A stretch of DNA of 64,000 nucleotides from the NCBI GenBank assembly GCA_028534125.1, contig CM052818.1, positions 15,378,001 to 15,442,000 of the forward strand, in the 5' to 3' direction. Made by a program: the position numbers and the translations under genes. The notes beneath the pieces were generated by a model that saw only the letters and a list, made by a program, of their open reading frames with translations, had not been told where the DNA came from and did not search any database. This document shows positions 36,850 through 50,000 of the stretch, piece after piece. Source of the stretch: Lama glama. Taxonomy: Eukaryota. Positions within the stretch are counted from its first letter, which is position 1, and every line of letters starts with the position of its first letter.

Positions 36850-38960
36850 GTGTGTGTGTCCAACGTTCAAGATACAATATATACCTATATTATACCCCTG
36901 GAGAGGAAAAGCAAAAGTGAGATGGAATGAATGTTTTAAAAACCACAGTGAAGAAAATGTATTGATATAGGTAAAGATCTAAATCTACATACTGTAAGAG
37001 CCATTTTGTATCTGCAAAAATGGACCCAAGATGATACCTTGGAAATATAACAAAGGAAGAAGACAGTCATTTATAAAGGAAGGGAAGGAGGTTGACATTG
37101 ATTTTCTTAACAAATATTCAAGACAATAAGTAAAGGAATAAAATCTTCAAGATATTCAAGCAAGAAGATGAAGAACGTTGCTCCATTCGGGTTGGTCCTT
37201 TGTGTCTAAAGGCTGTAGGAAAGCTATGGAACTTGCAAGAAGTCAGAGGATATTGTCCCTAGGGGCTCTTCCTAAGAAAACTTACAAGATGTGTTTTATA
37301 AAAAAGGTCATAGGAGACTTTGACAGAGAGATCAGTGGTGAGGATTTTATATATCCAATATATATTTTATTTTTCTAATTGAAGATCTTCAGTTGTGGAC
37401 AAGGGTTAAAGAAGAGTTTGTTGTTAGTGTTAAAGGCAATGCCATAATGAAAGTGACACAACTAAAACACAGGGAAAGGTGGGAGAGGGAAATTAAATGA
37501 TTTCTTTGGGTATTATTTAAAGCTGGCAAATAATGGAAGCTTAAGTGTATTTAGTACAAAGTTTAAGCACTAAGAAAGATTAATATTGGCAAAAAATGCA
37601 TGATAGAGAAGAGGAAAGGGTAGAAATGTATTATAGATGAATTTTATCATGATTCATAGTGAGGAAATAATATGTATTATCTAGAGGAAAATAGAGGCTA
37701 TGGGTGTTCAAAAGTGTTAATAAAAAGGTAACCAACAGAACAAATTTTCAACTTCTTTGATTCTAAAAGAACACAAAAACAAAACAAAAGAAAACTTAGT
37801 GGCATACAGCTGAAAAATGAAAAGAACTGCAAGGAAATCTTAAATATCACTCAGTAATGTTACTGTAAATAATGATATTTGTACTATATTGTGTGTGTGT
37901 TTTTTTTTTGTATATCGCAGAATAAACCAATAATTAACCTGAGATTTCCAGTGTATCAAAAGAAACAGATACAAGTATTGAATCAAAGAAATTAAATGAA
38001 AATTCTGAAATATTAAATTTGCTCTGGGAATGTCAGTTGGATTCGTGGTGATACGATGTATTTCCTGCTTCTGCCTAGTGGATGGCCATGGGAGCCATGG
38101 CGCTCTATCAGGAATCACCATTCCACTGCCAAAATTTTGTTTTCTAAATATCATTCTTCACAAAGAGGTTTTCCTTGGAGAAATGGCTGTTTGTAGGCTG
38201 GAAGCGAGAAGATACAAGGTGAACTTATGACACCATGTTGTGCTAGAAAGCAAGGAAACACAGACTAGTGGGTTGGGTCAAAGGGTCATACAGAACTCAT
38301 AGTCATAGAAAGCAAATGTATGGTTACCAAAGGAGAAAGAGGAGGGGAAGGATAAATCAGGAGTTTGGGATTAGCAGATACAAAGTAGTATATATATTAC
38401 ATAGATAAACAACAAAGACCTACTGTATAGCTGCAGGAAACTACATTCACTATCTTGTAATAACCTATAATGAAAAAGAAGATACACATGTGTGTGTATG
38501 TGTGTGTGTGTATATATGTATATATGTATAACTGAATCACTGTGCTGTACACCAGAAACTTAACACAACATTGTAAATCAACTATAATTCAATTAAAAAA
38601 AAAGTTATCATTGCCAAATTTGGTAATTTTGTCCATCCAAAAGAATAATGACTATAGTTGATTGAAACATGTAGAGTACATAAATATCCATAAGTCCATA
38701 AAGATATAAAAGAAGAAAAAGTTTTTAAAAAATGAGTTACTGGCCACTATTGGAGGTGACTATTAAGTCAGATCCTTCTGAAAATTGGTAATTAAAGACA
38801 CATTATCATACATTTATCTGGCTCTTCAGTGAGAACTATAGTTCTGGCAAAGCAAATACTCTAATTAATGAGCAAAGTTTTCTCTACGGAAGAATGTTAG
38901 CTAATAAATATAGGACAAACGAAAGAATTTAAAGAATACACAAACATATAGAATATTGTG
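36850..38960 (+). mobile_element. Old L1 (L1MC-like) fragments hosting a younger L1 3' end
   Basis: A-rich. 'ttccttggagaaatggctg...gtgctagaaagcaaggaa' and later 'ggtgactattaag...tctgaaaattggtaattaaag' resemble L1MC 3'UTR. Confidence 0.55.
38292..38603 (+). mobile_element. 5'-truncated L1 3'UTR (artiodactyl-type) with internal (TG)/(TA)n and polyA
   Basis: 'atggttaccaaaggagaaag...ggagtttgggattagcagatacaa...taactgaatcactgtgctgtacaccagaaac...cattgtaaatcaactata...aaaaaaaaa'. Confidence 0.9.
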
Positions 38961-40539
38961 ATGTCTCATATATCTACCTATATATTACCAGGAAACCTGT
39001 CATTTTATAGAAAGGTTTCCTGTTGTTAAAACATTTTTTTTTTTGCCAAAATGCATTCATTCAATCAGTAGTCATTTGAGAACCTAATATGTGCCTTTGA
39101 AAAAAAATGCTGCTGTTTAATATTTTTGCATTATTTTCTCAAGCTGGGTCATTTAAAATAAGAGTTATAAATGCCATTAAACTATATAATTTCAGAACCG
39201 AAAGGAGACAAAAAGGTCATTTTGTCACTCCCTGCTCCCTGCCCATTCTCATTTTATAAGCAGGAATCACCTTATCCACACTCATACCATGAATACTTCA
39301 TGAAAACTATCAGTATTTGAGGAAAGGAAAAGAAACTGGCAAACCTTTAAGAAGCTGAAAAAGCACTGAACTCTATGACGGTTCGGCTTATATGGTTGAA
39401 ATGCTAAGCACTTCTTTCACGTATTTGTTTTTAGTCTTCAGAAAATTAAAACCCACAGATGGCCAATCTGGGTCACTTTGATTTTTTTTCTTTCTTTGGC
39501 CGAATTGATATTTCCCCTCAACTGATACCAGACTTGAGCTGTGTGGCTGAAGCAATAGTTCAGGTACCAGGGCCTGCAAGTGCCCTCTCCACTCAATAAC
39601 CAGCAAACTAATTTGAGGTTCCTATCGACTTGAATCTGTCTGCTTTATGTCTTGAGCCTGTGAGCGTGTGACCTCTTCTGCAGAGATCTGCTGCTTCTGG
39701 GCATTTTGTAAAGTGCTGAAATTGTGTGGAAAACTACTCTCTGTGCTTTGCAAAATAATGGAAAGAGAGTATTTCCTATCTGCCTCCCGCAGCAATTTCC
39801 CGATAATAAAATTGAAGATGTAGGTTTTATTTCCATTTAATTTTGAGAACCATCTTGAGGTATTTTGGTTCCTAACTATAACTCCTTATCTATTATCATT
39901 ATGATTCATTGTTTCTCTCAGCAGTAATTTCTTTTTGACTGTTCTTCATAAAAAAATCTACGTATTTTCCCAAGTCATTTTCTGTTTTCTTTTTAAGAAA
40001 TACAAAAGATAATGTTTGGCCAGAATCTCAATCTTGAAATTCCATCCATTTCCTAATGTGTTTAGGAAACAGGCAATTAAGAAACTGGCCGTCCCTTTCA
40101 TCATCTCAGAAAATTAGAGAGATTTTCTTTATGGCTAAATTACATTTCTGAAAACAATTGAGAAGGCTTTTCTGTTATTTATGCAGAGATTTTATGTTCC
40201 TTAAACTTTTGTGTGTATATTGGTCATTTAAGGAATAAGGATCTTAATTTTCTCTTTTGCTGTTCCTTTTCTTACTTTGTAATTGTCCTATTGAAATCTT
40301 GCTGAGGCCAACATGAGCTCTTTCATTGTATAGGCGACTTGGCTTTTGTTTCAGCCATTGAGATGACAAAGCATGCTTCTAAGGTGATAGAGTAATCTCA
40401 TAGTTTGCTCCTGTACACAGCAGCGGCCTTTCCCCGGAGGCCTTGAACCACTTTCTGGGTACATTTATTTCCTCAGGTCCCTGGGTCTTTACAGGCAGCA
40501 AGTGGTCTAAAATGGCTTAGGAAGGAAATGACCTTTGTT

Positions 40540-40830
40540 CTGGGATTTGCACTCATGCTGCTGTCTTCTCTTTCCTAGGACTGTTGTTTCTGATTCCCTG
40601 GCTGAACTCTGAGACCTTGGGGCTTACCCCTGTGGATCAACTTGCTCTGTCAGATGCCGTCTCTAGTGGACCTCCCTCTCCAGACTCCTGCTCACGCTGG
40701 CTTCCTGTAAGTTTTTTTGCTAAGACTGTGACATCTTTGCGGGCTGGGGTTCTGTCTTCTTCATTCCTGTGTCTGCTAACATAGAATCTTGCCCAGAGTG
40801 GGGACTTGAGAAATAGTGGCTGAATGAAAG
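40540..40830 (+). mobile_element. L2 3' part
   Basis: 'tttgcactcatgctg...' through 'agactgtgacatctttgcgggctgggg...aaatagtggctgaatgaa'. Confidence 0.55.
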
Positions 40831-42559
40831 CATTAACTGTGGCACACTGAGTTTGTCAGGGGTGAGTTGGGGATGCTGCGTTGCTGAGAATTTGTAAGAA
40901 ATCTTAGTGGGAGAAAGCCTAGAAGGATGGAGTGGATACTGAATTTTCCTGTGCACCCCTCCTCTTCCTCTTCTGTATCTATTCACATGGAGCTTAAGTA
41001 AGTGTTGACTGGAAATAGACCATTCCTCTGAACCATGTTCTCATTGGCACCTCTACTTTTCCAGTTTCTACCCTTCATTCCCCTGACCACGATGATATGA
41101 ATTCTCTTTACCAGAATAATAGTGGAGGGGATTGTCACCGTCCTCATTTTAAAGATACAGGGAAATATCTACATGACCGTGAGAGAGGGAGAAATTTGAA
41201 TTGTGAGAAGTCGTACAGCTCAGTGAAGGCATATGAAACATTTAAATTTCAGCTTCTTTGATGGGGCAGAATGCTCTGGGAGGACCAAGAGACACTACAC
41301 ATAGAAGTTGTGCCTCGGGTGCACAGCAGTACCACAGGGTCAGGGAAGCAAGGAGAGAGGCGAGAGAAATGCGCTGGAGATGGGGACGCTGCAGTGCGCG
41401 GGGTTCCTTAAGCTAGGCAGCCATTCGGCTGTAAGCATGCCTGCGGGAGAGCCATGGGGGGCTTTCTTCGACTTTTGAGTAACTGGTGGCCTTAGACATG
41501 AGCTTTTGTGCCTATTCTGCTATGGGCAGAGTTCCCTGTAAAAACGTGTATGCACTTGGCTGAATGCTCAGATGATGGACAGAACTCTGCCTTCAGTTAC
41601 CACTGAGGATCCCTTCTGCAAGCCTCCTTCCAGAACCAGGAAATGTCTTTCTCTCTAGACTTTCAACTTAAATGCGTCCTGAGGATTGTGTGGCTGCTTT
41701 CAGATAGGGACCTGCTGTATTTTTTCCCCTTTGTTTTCCTGCACCTTATCTTGCATTAGCCTTAGACTAGGAAAATGAAAACCCTGGGGGCACTTGGGAG
41801 CTTCTGCAGCCCAGACAGCAGAGGCTGAAGAGCTCTCCCCTCTCAGTGTTTTTATGTCCTTTCAAAATGTCAGTTAGCACCTTTAAAATAAAGTCTGCCA
41901 TCAGAGACACGCTCTTCTCCTCCCTGTCTGGTGCGCCAAAGATAGACATTACTCTGTCTGCTTTAGTTCTCAGCTTCCTGTCATGTTTGGCAAAAATTTA
42001 ATTGCCTCTCCTTTCAGAACAACTTTTATTTGTTTTCTTAGCTTTAACATTTCCTCTAAAAGAGTGTTTCTGCAGCAGGGAAATGTAGACAGCTTTGGTT
42101 TTCGCTGCTGTAGGACTGTCTTCCCAATGTCTTTTAAAATGAAATTTTATGCCCAGAAAAGATGCCATGGGGGCCAGGCAGTGTTGATCTATTCAAGGGT
42201 GACAGTTCACGGAGGGAGCCAAGTTTACTCAAGTTTTAACTCCAGGCTGGGTCTCATGACAGGCATTTCTTCACTGCCTTTTAGTACATTGTACACTGCC
42301 TTTGCGAACTGAATTAAATAATAATGAGAATAACAGTAATACTCCCACTCAGTCAGCTGCTCTTACCCCAACCTTATGGTCCTTCTCCTTAGCGGGTCCT
42401 TGCTCTCCATCCTGGTGATTTTATACTGATCTTTCAAAACCTGGCTCACATGTCATACGGAATGAATACTGCTCTCCTCTCTGTTGCCAGAGCACTTTTC
42501 ACATATATTGACTGCGTGATTGAAGGACTAATCGTACATGAACCTGACAACTTAGCCCT

Positions 42560-42695
42560 CCCACTCCCCCTACCCACGTTGTGAGGTGTTTAAGGTGAAG
42601 GAATGTGTACCTGATTCATTCTCAAATCTCCAACATCCAGCCCAGGGTCTGATACATAAAAGACATGTACTAAATCCGTGAATAAATGTGAATGG
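42560..42695 (+). mobile_element. L2 3' end
   Basis: 'tctccaacatccagcccagggtctgatacataaaagacatgtactaaatccgtgaataaatg'. Confidence 0.6.
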
Positions 42696-43364
42696 TACTT
42701 TTGCACGTAGATCTCACAGTTCATACTGTCCTCAAGTATTCCACTGTTGTATGCAAATTGATGTTCCAGACAGGAGCATGGATTTACAGGGAACTGATTT
42801 TCTAAGCATTGAAGTGGGACCAAAGGATAAAAAGAACAGTATTGAGGATAAGTAAGGGGAGGTGACTAGCTGTCTGCTTTGGCCTTTGGTGAAAGAAGTC
42901 AGACTCTCTTGTGGTTCATAAATAAAGGCAATGATAAGGCTTTACAACTGAGGAAACAGGAAAGAATATATTCAGAAGGGTGATATGATACACCAGGGTG
43001 AACAAGAAGACGTGGAGAATTCAGGCTTTTCTGGTGAAAGGTTTTGAAGCAGAGATGAGGACACTGCTACTGGCCTTTAACAGAAAGGAGGAGTGACTCT
43101 GAGCGTGAGGGTCACTTGGGGAACAAAACAGCTGGAGAGGTTACAGCTGGAACTGGGGACTCTGGAGTCTCTGAGAGAAACTGTGCTGGAAATCCAGGTG
43201 AGAGATGGACTGTCCATGGGCCATATTGTCAATACTCTCCCAGACAAGCCAACTAGGAGAGGATGTCCAAATTCCTGACACTGGATGTGTCTTTCACCGT
43301 TACCCAGGAGGCAGTGGGTTATCACAGGAGAAGCTCTCTCACGGGAAGGCAGGCAGGTGGCATG

Positions 43365-43490
43365 AGCTGTAATGCCTTTCCTCTCACACATGAGCTGCAC
43401 AACCTGGGGGAAGTCACTAAGTCGCACAGGATCTCAGTTGATTTATTTGTAATATATAGTAACACCATTTTATCTGCGTGAAGGGAAAGG
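43365..43490 (+). mobile_element. MIR fragment
   Basis: 'tgagctgcacaacctgggggaagtcactaag...atctcagtt'. Confidence 0.55.
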
Positions 43491-44904
43491 ATTGCATGGC
43501 CTGATTAATTGACCTCCTCAGCTACTATAAAATCCGTTATATCTCCCTGGACATTTGACATTGTGTCAGTTGACATGGTTATTCTTAAGAGTCTGTTGTT
43601 TAAATTATTTCATTATTGAGGTTCCTGATAGATAGTGGTCACAGAGCACGCTCAGGTCATGTGACCCTAAACATGACCACTTTGGAAAGGACTTTCTTGT
43701 TTGTAGTATTGAAAATCTACATTTAAGACAGGTGAACTTTATATTTTAGTAAGAGGATTGAATGTTAAAAGTTGATTTTCCTTAAGATCTGAAATGGGTA
43801 GAGCTGAAATGATATTTGAATATTACATAGTGGTAGAACTCTCAGAAAAATATAACTTTCTTTTAACTTGAAGAGATCTTTGAACTCATCAAAGATATGC
43901 CTAGCTTTCTGAAGAATTAGAGGTTCTAGAAGGTTAAGGCTATTTCTTAAAATCATTTTTTATCTCTTAACAGATGAAATAACATTTAATCAGGTAAATA
44001 ATCTTTTCATTTCCATCTGGCTTTCAAACACTATATAAACATAATGACATTTTTTGAAAAGATATTTTTAATGACAAGACAATATACATACTTATGGTAA
44101 GAAAAATGGAAATGAAGAAAAATACAAAGAAGAAAATGAAAATCACTCCTAGAAATAACTATAGTGAACATTACCATCTCTTTTTCAGTGTTTCTATATG
44201 TCTTTATCTATTTTTTCTCTTTGTTCTTTGTGTGTGTATGTGTGTATATGTAATCATACACACATATATTGATATATATATAAAATTAATATATATATAT
44301 ATAATGGATACCATTTTATAACTTGCTTTATCACTTAATAGTTTATCAAGCTATTTTGAATCTTAAGGGAAAAATACAAGTAATAAAATAATCAGAGCAT
44401 ATACAAGATTAAAATGTTTCTTTAGCCTTCCTTCCTTTTTCAAAGTTCCACTCTGCAGAGGTTACTGCTTTCAGCCACTTCAGTATCAGGTTTTCCAATT
44501 AATGCACTTAAGTCTCTGTTTCTTAATTTTACCCCAGTAGCTGTTAGGTCTTGCTACAGAAGATGAGAAATCAGCACTGAATTCCTCTCTTTTTTTCTCT
44601 TCCCTCTGCTTCCTCACTTTTAAAGTTATATCATCACTGTCTTTCATGTTTTGGTGGGTTCACTTACAACCATAATTCATATTCTGCAAAGTACATTTTA
44701 TAACGAATCCACTTTGGCAAATGTGCCATAGCTCCCTTCTGTGTAAGATGAGGAAAGAACACACCTCATTTTCCCTCAGTCTTCCCCCTCATTCCATTAG
44801 TTTTACATCATCGAGGTGTATAACACTGATCCTTTGACGTGTAACTATAATTTAGTGTGCTCTATGCTTCATTTTTAAGTTATTTATAAGAATTAAAAAC
44901 CAAA

Positions 44905-45152
44905 GACACGAAGTAGTTGGTAAAAGCACAGCCCTGCATTGCACCACCTGGCCCCAAAGTCCAGTTCCGCCCCTTTCTGTCTGGCCTTTTATAGTTTTGG
45001 ATACATTACTTCTCTGTGCCTTCATGTCCTCAAACGTAAAATGGTCATGAAGCAGTATCTACAGGACAGTGTTGTGGTGAACGTGAGAGAGGGTATCTGT
45101 CAGGAGTCCGGAACTAACGCACGGCACATAGTAAGTGCTCAGGAATATTATT
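44905..45152 (+). mobile_element. MIR, near full length
   Basis: 'ctctgtgccttcatgtcctcaaacgtaaaatgg...ggcacatagtaagtgctcaggaatattatt'. Confidence 0.8.
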
Positions 45153-45959
45153 TCTTGGAGAGCCCTGTGCTGTGAGTGGCCCCGTGAACTGTGAACTACA
45201 TCTGTGCTGGTCAAGGGAGAATGTTTTAGGAATCAAAGTGAAACAGTTTCCTTCTGTGCATCCTATCAATTACTGAAAATCATGGGATGTATTAGTCAGT
45301 TTTGCATTTGGACTATGACTTTCTCATACAACTTTTCGTTCCTTTGGGATTTCTAATTGTTTTTCATTTTGTGGGCTAATGAAAGAGAGAAAAGCCCTCA
45401 TCACATTGTCAGCCTCTCCCAGGAACTTACTTGTTACATTCATGTAAACAGGTGGAAAATACAGCCACAACTTAGGGTTTCTTTTTGTAGATGATTGAAT
45501 TTGATTTGATGTCTGTTGTGAGGCCTTTTAAAGGACCAGATTTGATTCTCTGTCTGGCCTCAAAGACCAGCTCAACACAGCAATTGCAAGTAGAATTGTG
45601 TGTGTGTGTGTGTTTTAACCCTGTAGTACATTCTCTATCTCTCATTATTCTGATTTAATGCATCAGATTGCATAGCTGTGACCCTGACTTCTCAAGGATT
45701 TTTCTCCAGATAATTTTCTTACAGAAATAAACTGGGTGATTTTTTGCATCTTCAGGTTGGAGCTTCACTTTCTTTTCTCTATGCACTGCCTCTCCAGTAC
45801 TCTATTCAAGGCCAAGGCTCCTAGACTGAATTTTGGAATTGTTCAAATAGCCTTAGCGATCTGCTTCCCTGAAAAGCACAGTCCAGGAAATCCCTATTCA
45901 GAACAGTAAACAGTTCAGCTTGTCAGTTATCTGTCTGCAGTTAAGGGAGTGTCTGAGGG

Positions 45960-47060
45960 TGTGATGAAAGGTGAGGCTGGATAGGTAGACGGTAGGGGGG
46001 TGGATTATGAGGAATGTAGAACCATTGGACAAAGAATTTAAAATTTATTCTGTGTGCTAGGGAGGGCATGATGGAAAAATTTTAGTAGAGGAGTGCAATG
46101 ATCAGATTTGTGTCTCAGAAAACAGATTTTTGATGGAAGTCTTGAAAATGATTACAAGGAGGGCCTGGAGAGGGAGCGAGAGCCCTGATTGGAGGCTATT
46201 GCATTTAAATGTTTGGCAGTGGAAAGTTAACATCAAAACAATTTTTAATAGAATTAACCAGATGTACTGTTAAGTTAGTTGTGACAGAGAAAAAGAGAAG
46301 CCGAAGACAAGGTGAGTGAAAAAGCAGGTTTTAGAGGAGAAGATTGAAAAATCCAGTTTTAGGTTTGTTTGCCTGTGGCATATGCAGATAGAGATGTTGA
46401 GTTGATAGCTGGAAACCAAGGACTGGAAATCAGCAGAGAGGACATCTGGATACACAGACCTAAAATCTAAGAATGATCCAGGAAGAGGCGGTAGCCAGTA
46501 AATTGGATATGCTCCTTTTAGGGAGATTGTATTGCATAAGAAGAGGTCTGAGGATGGGAAAAACCTATAGACCACAAGGGATTAAGAGATAAGAGGAATG
46601 CATCTTGCTCATCTCCGTGTACCAAGTGTCCAGCGAAGTCTTTCACACAAATGCTTATTGGTGGATACTATGAGACTAACAGGAGAATTTAGAAATGAAG
46701 AAGTGAAATCAGGAGTAAAAGGGACCTGGAAAGCAAAGGCAGAGAGAAGTACAAGCAAGAAGACTTAAATAAGGTGAGACGTGTCCTTTGGATCTGACAC
46801 CGAGGAGGTCATTTTCTCCTTGAGCAGGAGTCTGTGTTTCAGTGGGAGGGTGGAGCCAGAGCCGCATCACAGTGAGCTGAGGGGTTTGTGCTGGACAAGG
46901 AGGAGGCAGACGCTCTGTTACTCTTCGAAGAAGTCAGACTGTGAAAGGAAAAAGGTGGTATTTATAAGATTAAAGGGTAAAAATTGTGTTGACTAATAAG
47001 CATTCATATTTGATAATTTTGTGGGGGAAGGAGGAAGCTGAGAAAGAATAGACTAAAGAA
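45960..47060 (-). mobile_element. L2 (antisense)
   Basis: 'gagtgcaatgatcagatttgtgt', 'ttggaggctattgca', 'gagatgttgagttgatagctgga', 'gtttcagtgggagggtggagccaga'. Confidence 0.75.
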
Positions 47061-50000
47061 GGGAGGGCAGAGGAATGACCTCTCACTTGATACTGAACAT
47101 TCATCATGTTGGTTGTGTGTGTGTCTGTGTGTCTGTGTATGTCATTTACCTCCAAGAAGACCGTCACTCACTGAGGCAGGAGTTTTACCCTATACTTCTA
47201 CTCTTCTTCATCCTATATAATTCATGGCATGTATATGGTTATTCTTGCTTGAGTTATGGCCATTTAATATCACTGTATAGGGAAATATTTGAAGGCAATC
47301 CTCTGGATCATTCCTTAATTCTTCGTTTTTAAAGTAGACTCTGTTGAAACACTGCCACAGGTCTCTCAGCCGTCAGCTACAGTCTGCTTGCTGTGTGGGT
47401 TGGTGTGTAGTTGCACCCTTGCATTTGGCTCATTTGGTTTTGGTGGATTTGAACATTGTACCCTCTCTACAGAGTAAAATTGGCTCACTTCTGGTAAGAT
47501 AACAGAGTTACTAATTCTGCACTTTGGATCAGGAAAGCATGTTCGCTGTTAAAAAAAAACACACACACACACAAAATAACAACAACAAAACAAACCACAG
47601 TGTGATATTGTCCCCGTTACTTTCTATTTCACCTGTTCTGAAACTCTTTCTTTTCTGGAGGCAAGGGCTTTCCCAACGCTCTGGGCCCACATAGACTTCT
47701 TTGTCTACGATTGAGGGGCTTTTCAATCTCCTCTGTCTCTTTGCACACCCACTTCTCTGCTTATGTTTAAGGAAAAGGGGAGAAATGTTTTACAGTCGTG
47801 CCTTGAATTCGATGATACCAGTAGATGTCACTCTGGACAGCAGGATGGAGTAGCCCTGTTCTTTGCTGTGGTTCAGGATGGGCTATGGTATCCTGGCTCC
47901 CGAGCACTTTTGAACATCTCACGACTGACACGTCTAAATTATGACATTCTCTGCACTGCCAGTTTTACTTCTCCGTTGTGAAATAAGAGGGCCGGGAGAG
48001 CTGCCATTTCGTCTGGTTCTCATTCAGCTAGAATGCCAAATGCTTATACAGTTACACTGATCAACTAGGCAAGGAGAAAATGGTTCAGGGGAAAAATGGA
48101 GGAAATACATATTTTAAAACAGCATATCTGAATTTAGAGTTTAGGCACGTTAAATTCTGCTGAGACTTAAGGCAGAGGGGGAGCGGTAAATACTTTCCTG
48201 AGTACATGTGGCTGGACCCAGACTAAGCTGACCACTCTCTTTAGAGTGTTACTTTCTGCTTTTGTCTTAAATCACTAATTCTCACCTAAGCTCCTAAAAT
48301 AGGGAAAAAGAGGAATCTTCCTGAAATTCTCAGAAAACAGTAAAGTTAATAGATAAGCTTTCCTCAAATTGATTTTTTTCCTCCCACACTCCATCCCCTC
48401 TCCACAAACCTTTTGAAATCTGCTTTGGCACATGGTAAGATCAGTGAGTAAATAGCAGACAGGAAATGTTGGGAAAATGAGTGTAGTTGGACAGATTTAT
48501 ATTTTGTAGGCATATGTTTGTGGTTTTGCTGTATATGATTTTATTTCATTGTACTTTATTTTAAAATTGTTTCTGTTAGGGACATTGTAAATAAAGTATG
48601 TGTATCAATTTATGATATTCTGTGAACTGAACAAGAGTGAGGACTATGCCCCACATGAATCATCCTCCCCAATTGGTCTTGGAGACTCAATTTACCCTGT
48701 GCAAGCTGTGCCCAGTTCTAGGCCAAAGTTCTTGGTTGAGCTATGATACTTGACTTGGAATTCCCTTCCCTCTCCCTTACCAAGTGTATACAATCCAATC
48801 AACACTCAGGACCCATCTCAAATCCCACCTCCCTCTATAAGGAAGTAATGGTCAGGCATTAGGATTATGGAGGAACAAGACAGTACATGTAGGAAGAAAC
48901 CATTTTCCCTTGGGAGGTAAACATGTGATAGATTTGGGGGCTGGACTTAAGGCTCCGGAGGCTCACGCAAGGAAAGATCACTTCCAGTAGGTGCGATAGG
49001 AGGTAGACTGAGGAGGCAGAGCTGACATTCAGCTCCCTGAAGGCTGAGAAGTACATGGCTGGCCGGTGAAGAGTGAGGAAGGAGATACTCTAGGAGGAAA
49101 AGACATGAAGAAAATCACAGATAAGGGTAAGACTCAAGGGGGGACAGTGTCAGGGAGGTCAAATTGTCTAGAACTAAGGACTGAGAGTTATTGGGGATAA
49201 GGCTACCGAGACGCCTCCCTTCATTCCTCCTCTCTGCTGAGACTGAAGACCAAGGGAAGCTTAATATGTTCCCGAGCGTACATGGCTTGCTCCTTTCTCT
49301 GTGTCGGCTGTGATTCCCCCATCTATTCCATCTTCCATGTTCTCGTTACAATATGTTCTTGAATGTGAATCAGCATGAACATGCATGTTTAATAACAACA
49401 ACAAAAGATAATAATTGGTTTCTTTATGTATCTTGTCAAGGACTGAGAGACTAGAACTGCTCCTGATCTTACTGGTTTGATGTTAGCTCAAAATGTGTTA
49501 CAAAAAAGAAATACATACAACTCAAAGGGAAAGGTTCTTCGATGAAGATGTAATCCTCTTACAGAGCAGGAGGAGAGAGACACAGATTATGCTGCTTTAA
49601 TTAAGGTTTTCTTAATATCTTGATTATAATTTCCTTCTTGAAGGGTTATGTGGCTGTTGAATCTATGATATTGCATTGAATAGGTGAATACTTTTCAATA
49701 CTAAAAATAATTTTCTCCCTAATAACTGTATTTTCAAAATACTACTTTACTGCTGTTATTTTTTCCAAAGATTAAGGACATACTTCTGTTTTCCCATGTT
49801 AAGATGACCACAGCATTTTACAAAATGAGAACAGGTGTGCTACTAGAGGCTTTCTTTAAAATTTCATATTATTTTATTCTCAGATATTAATGTATTTTAC
49901 TTACTTGGGAAATAACCTACAGAGTAATCTACAATTTAGATCTGCAGGGAGAGAAAAGGATGACTCCCCATTATGTGAAAAGTTTCAAGCTAAATCTTCT

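Noticed and set aside
39450..39468. CTCF-like site CCCACAGATGGCC (weaker ones near 12135 and 40660)
   Set aside because: Mismatches at informative positions; not supportable without a PWM score or ChIP data.
43654..43667. AGGTCATGTGACCC (M-box / nuclear-receptor-like palindrome)
   Set aside because: Single short motif with no supporting context.
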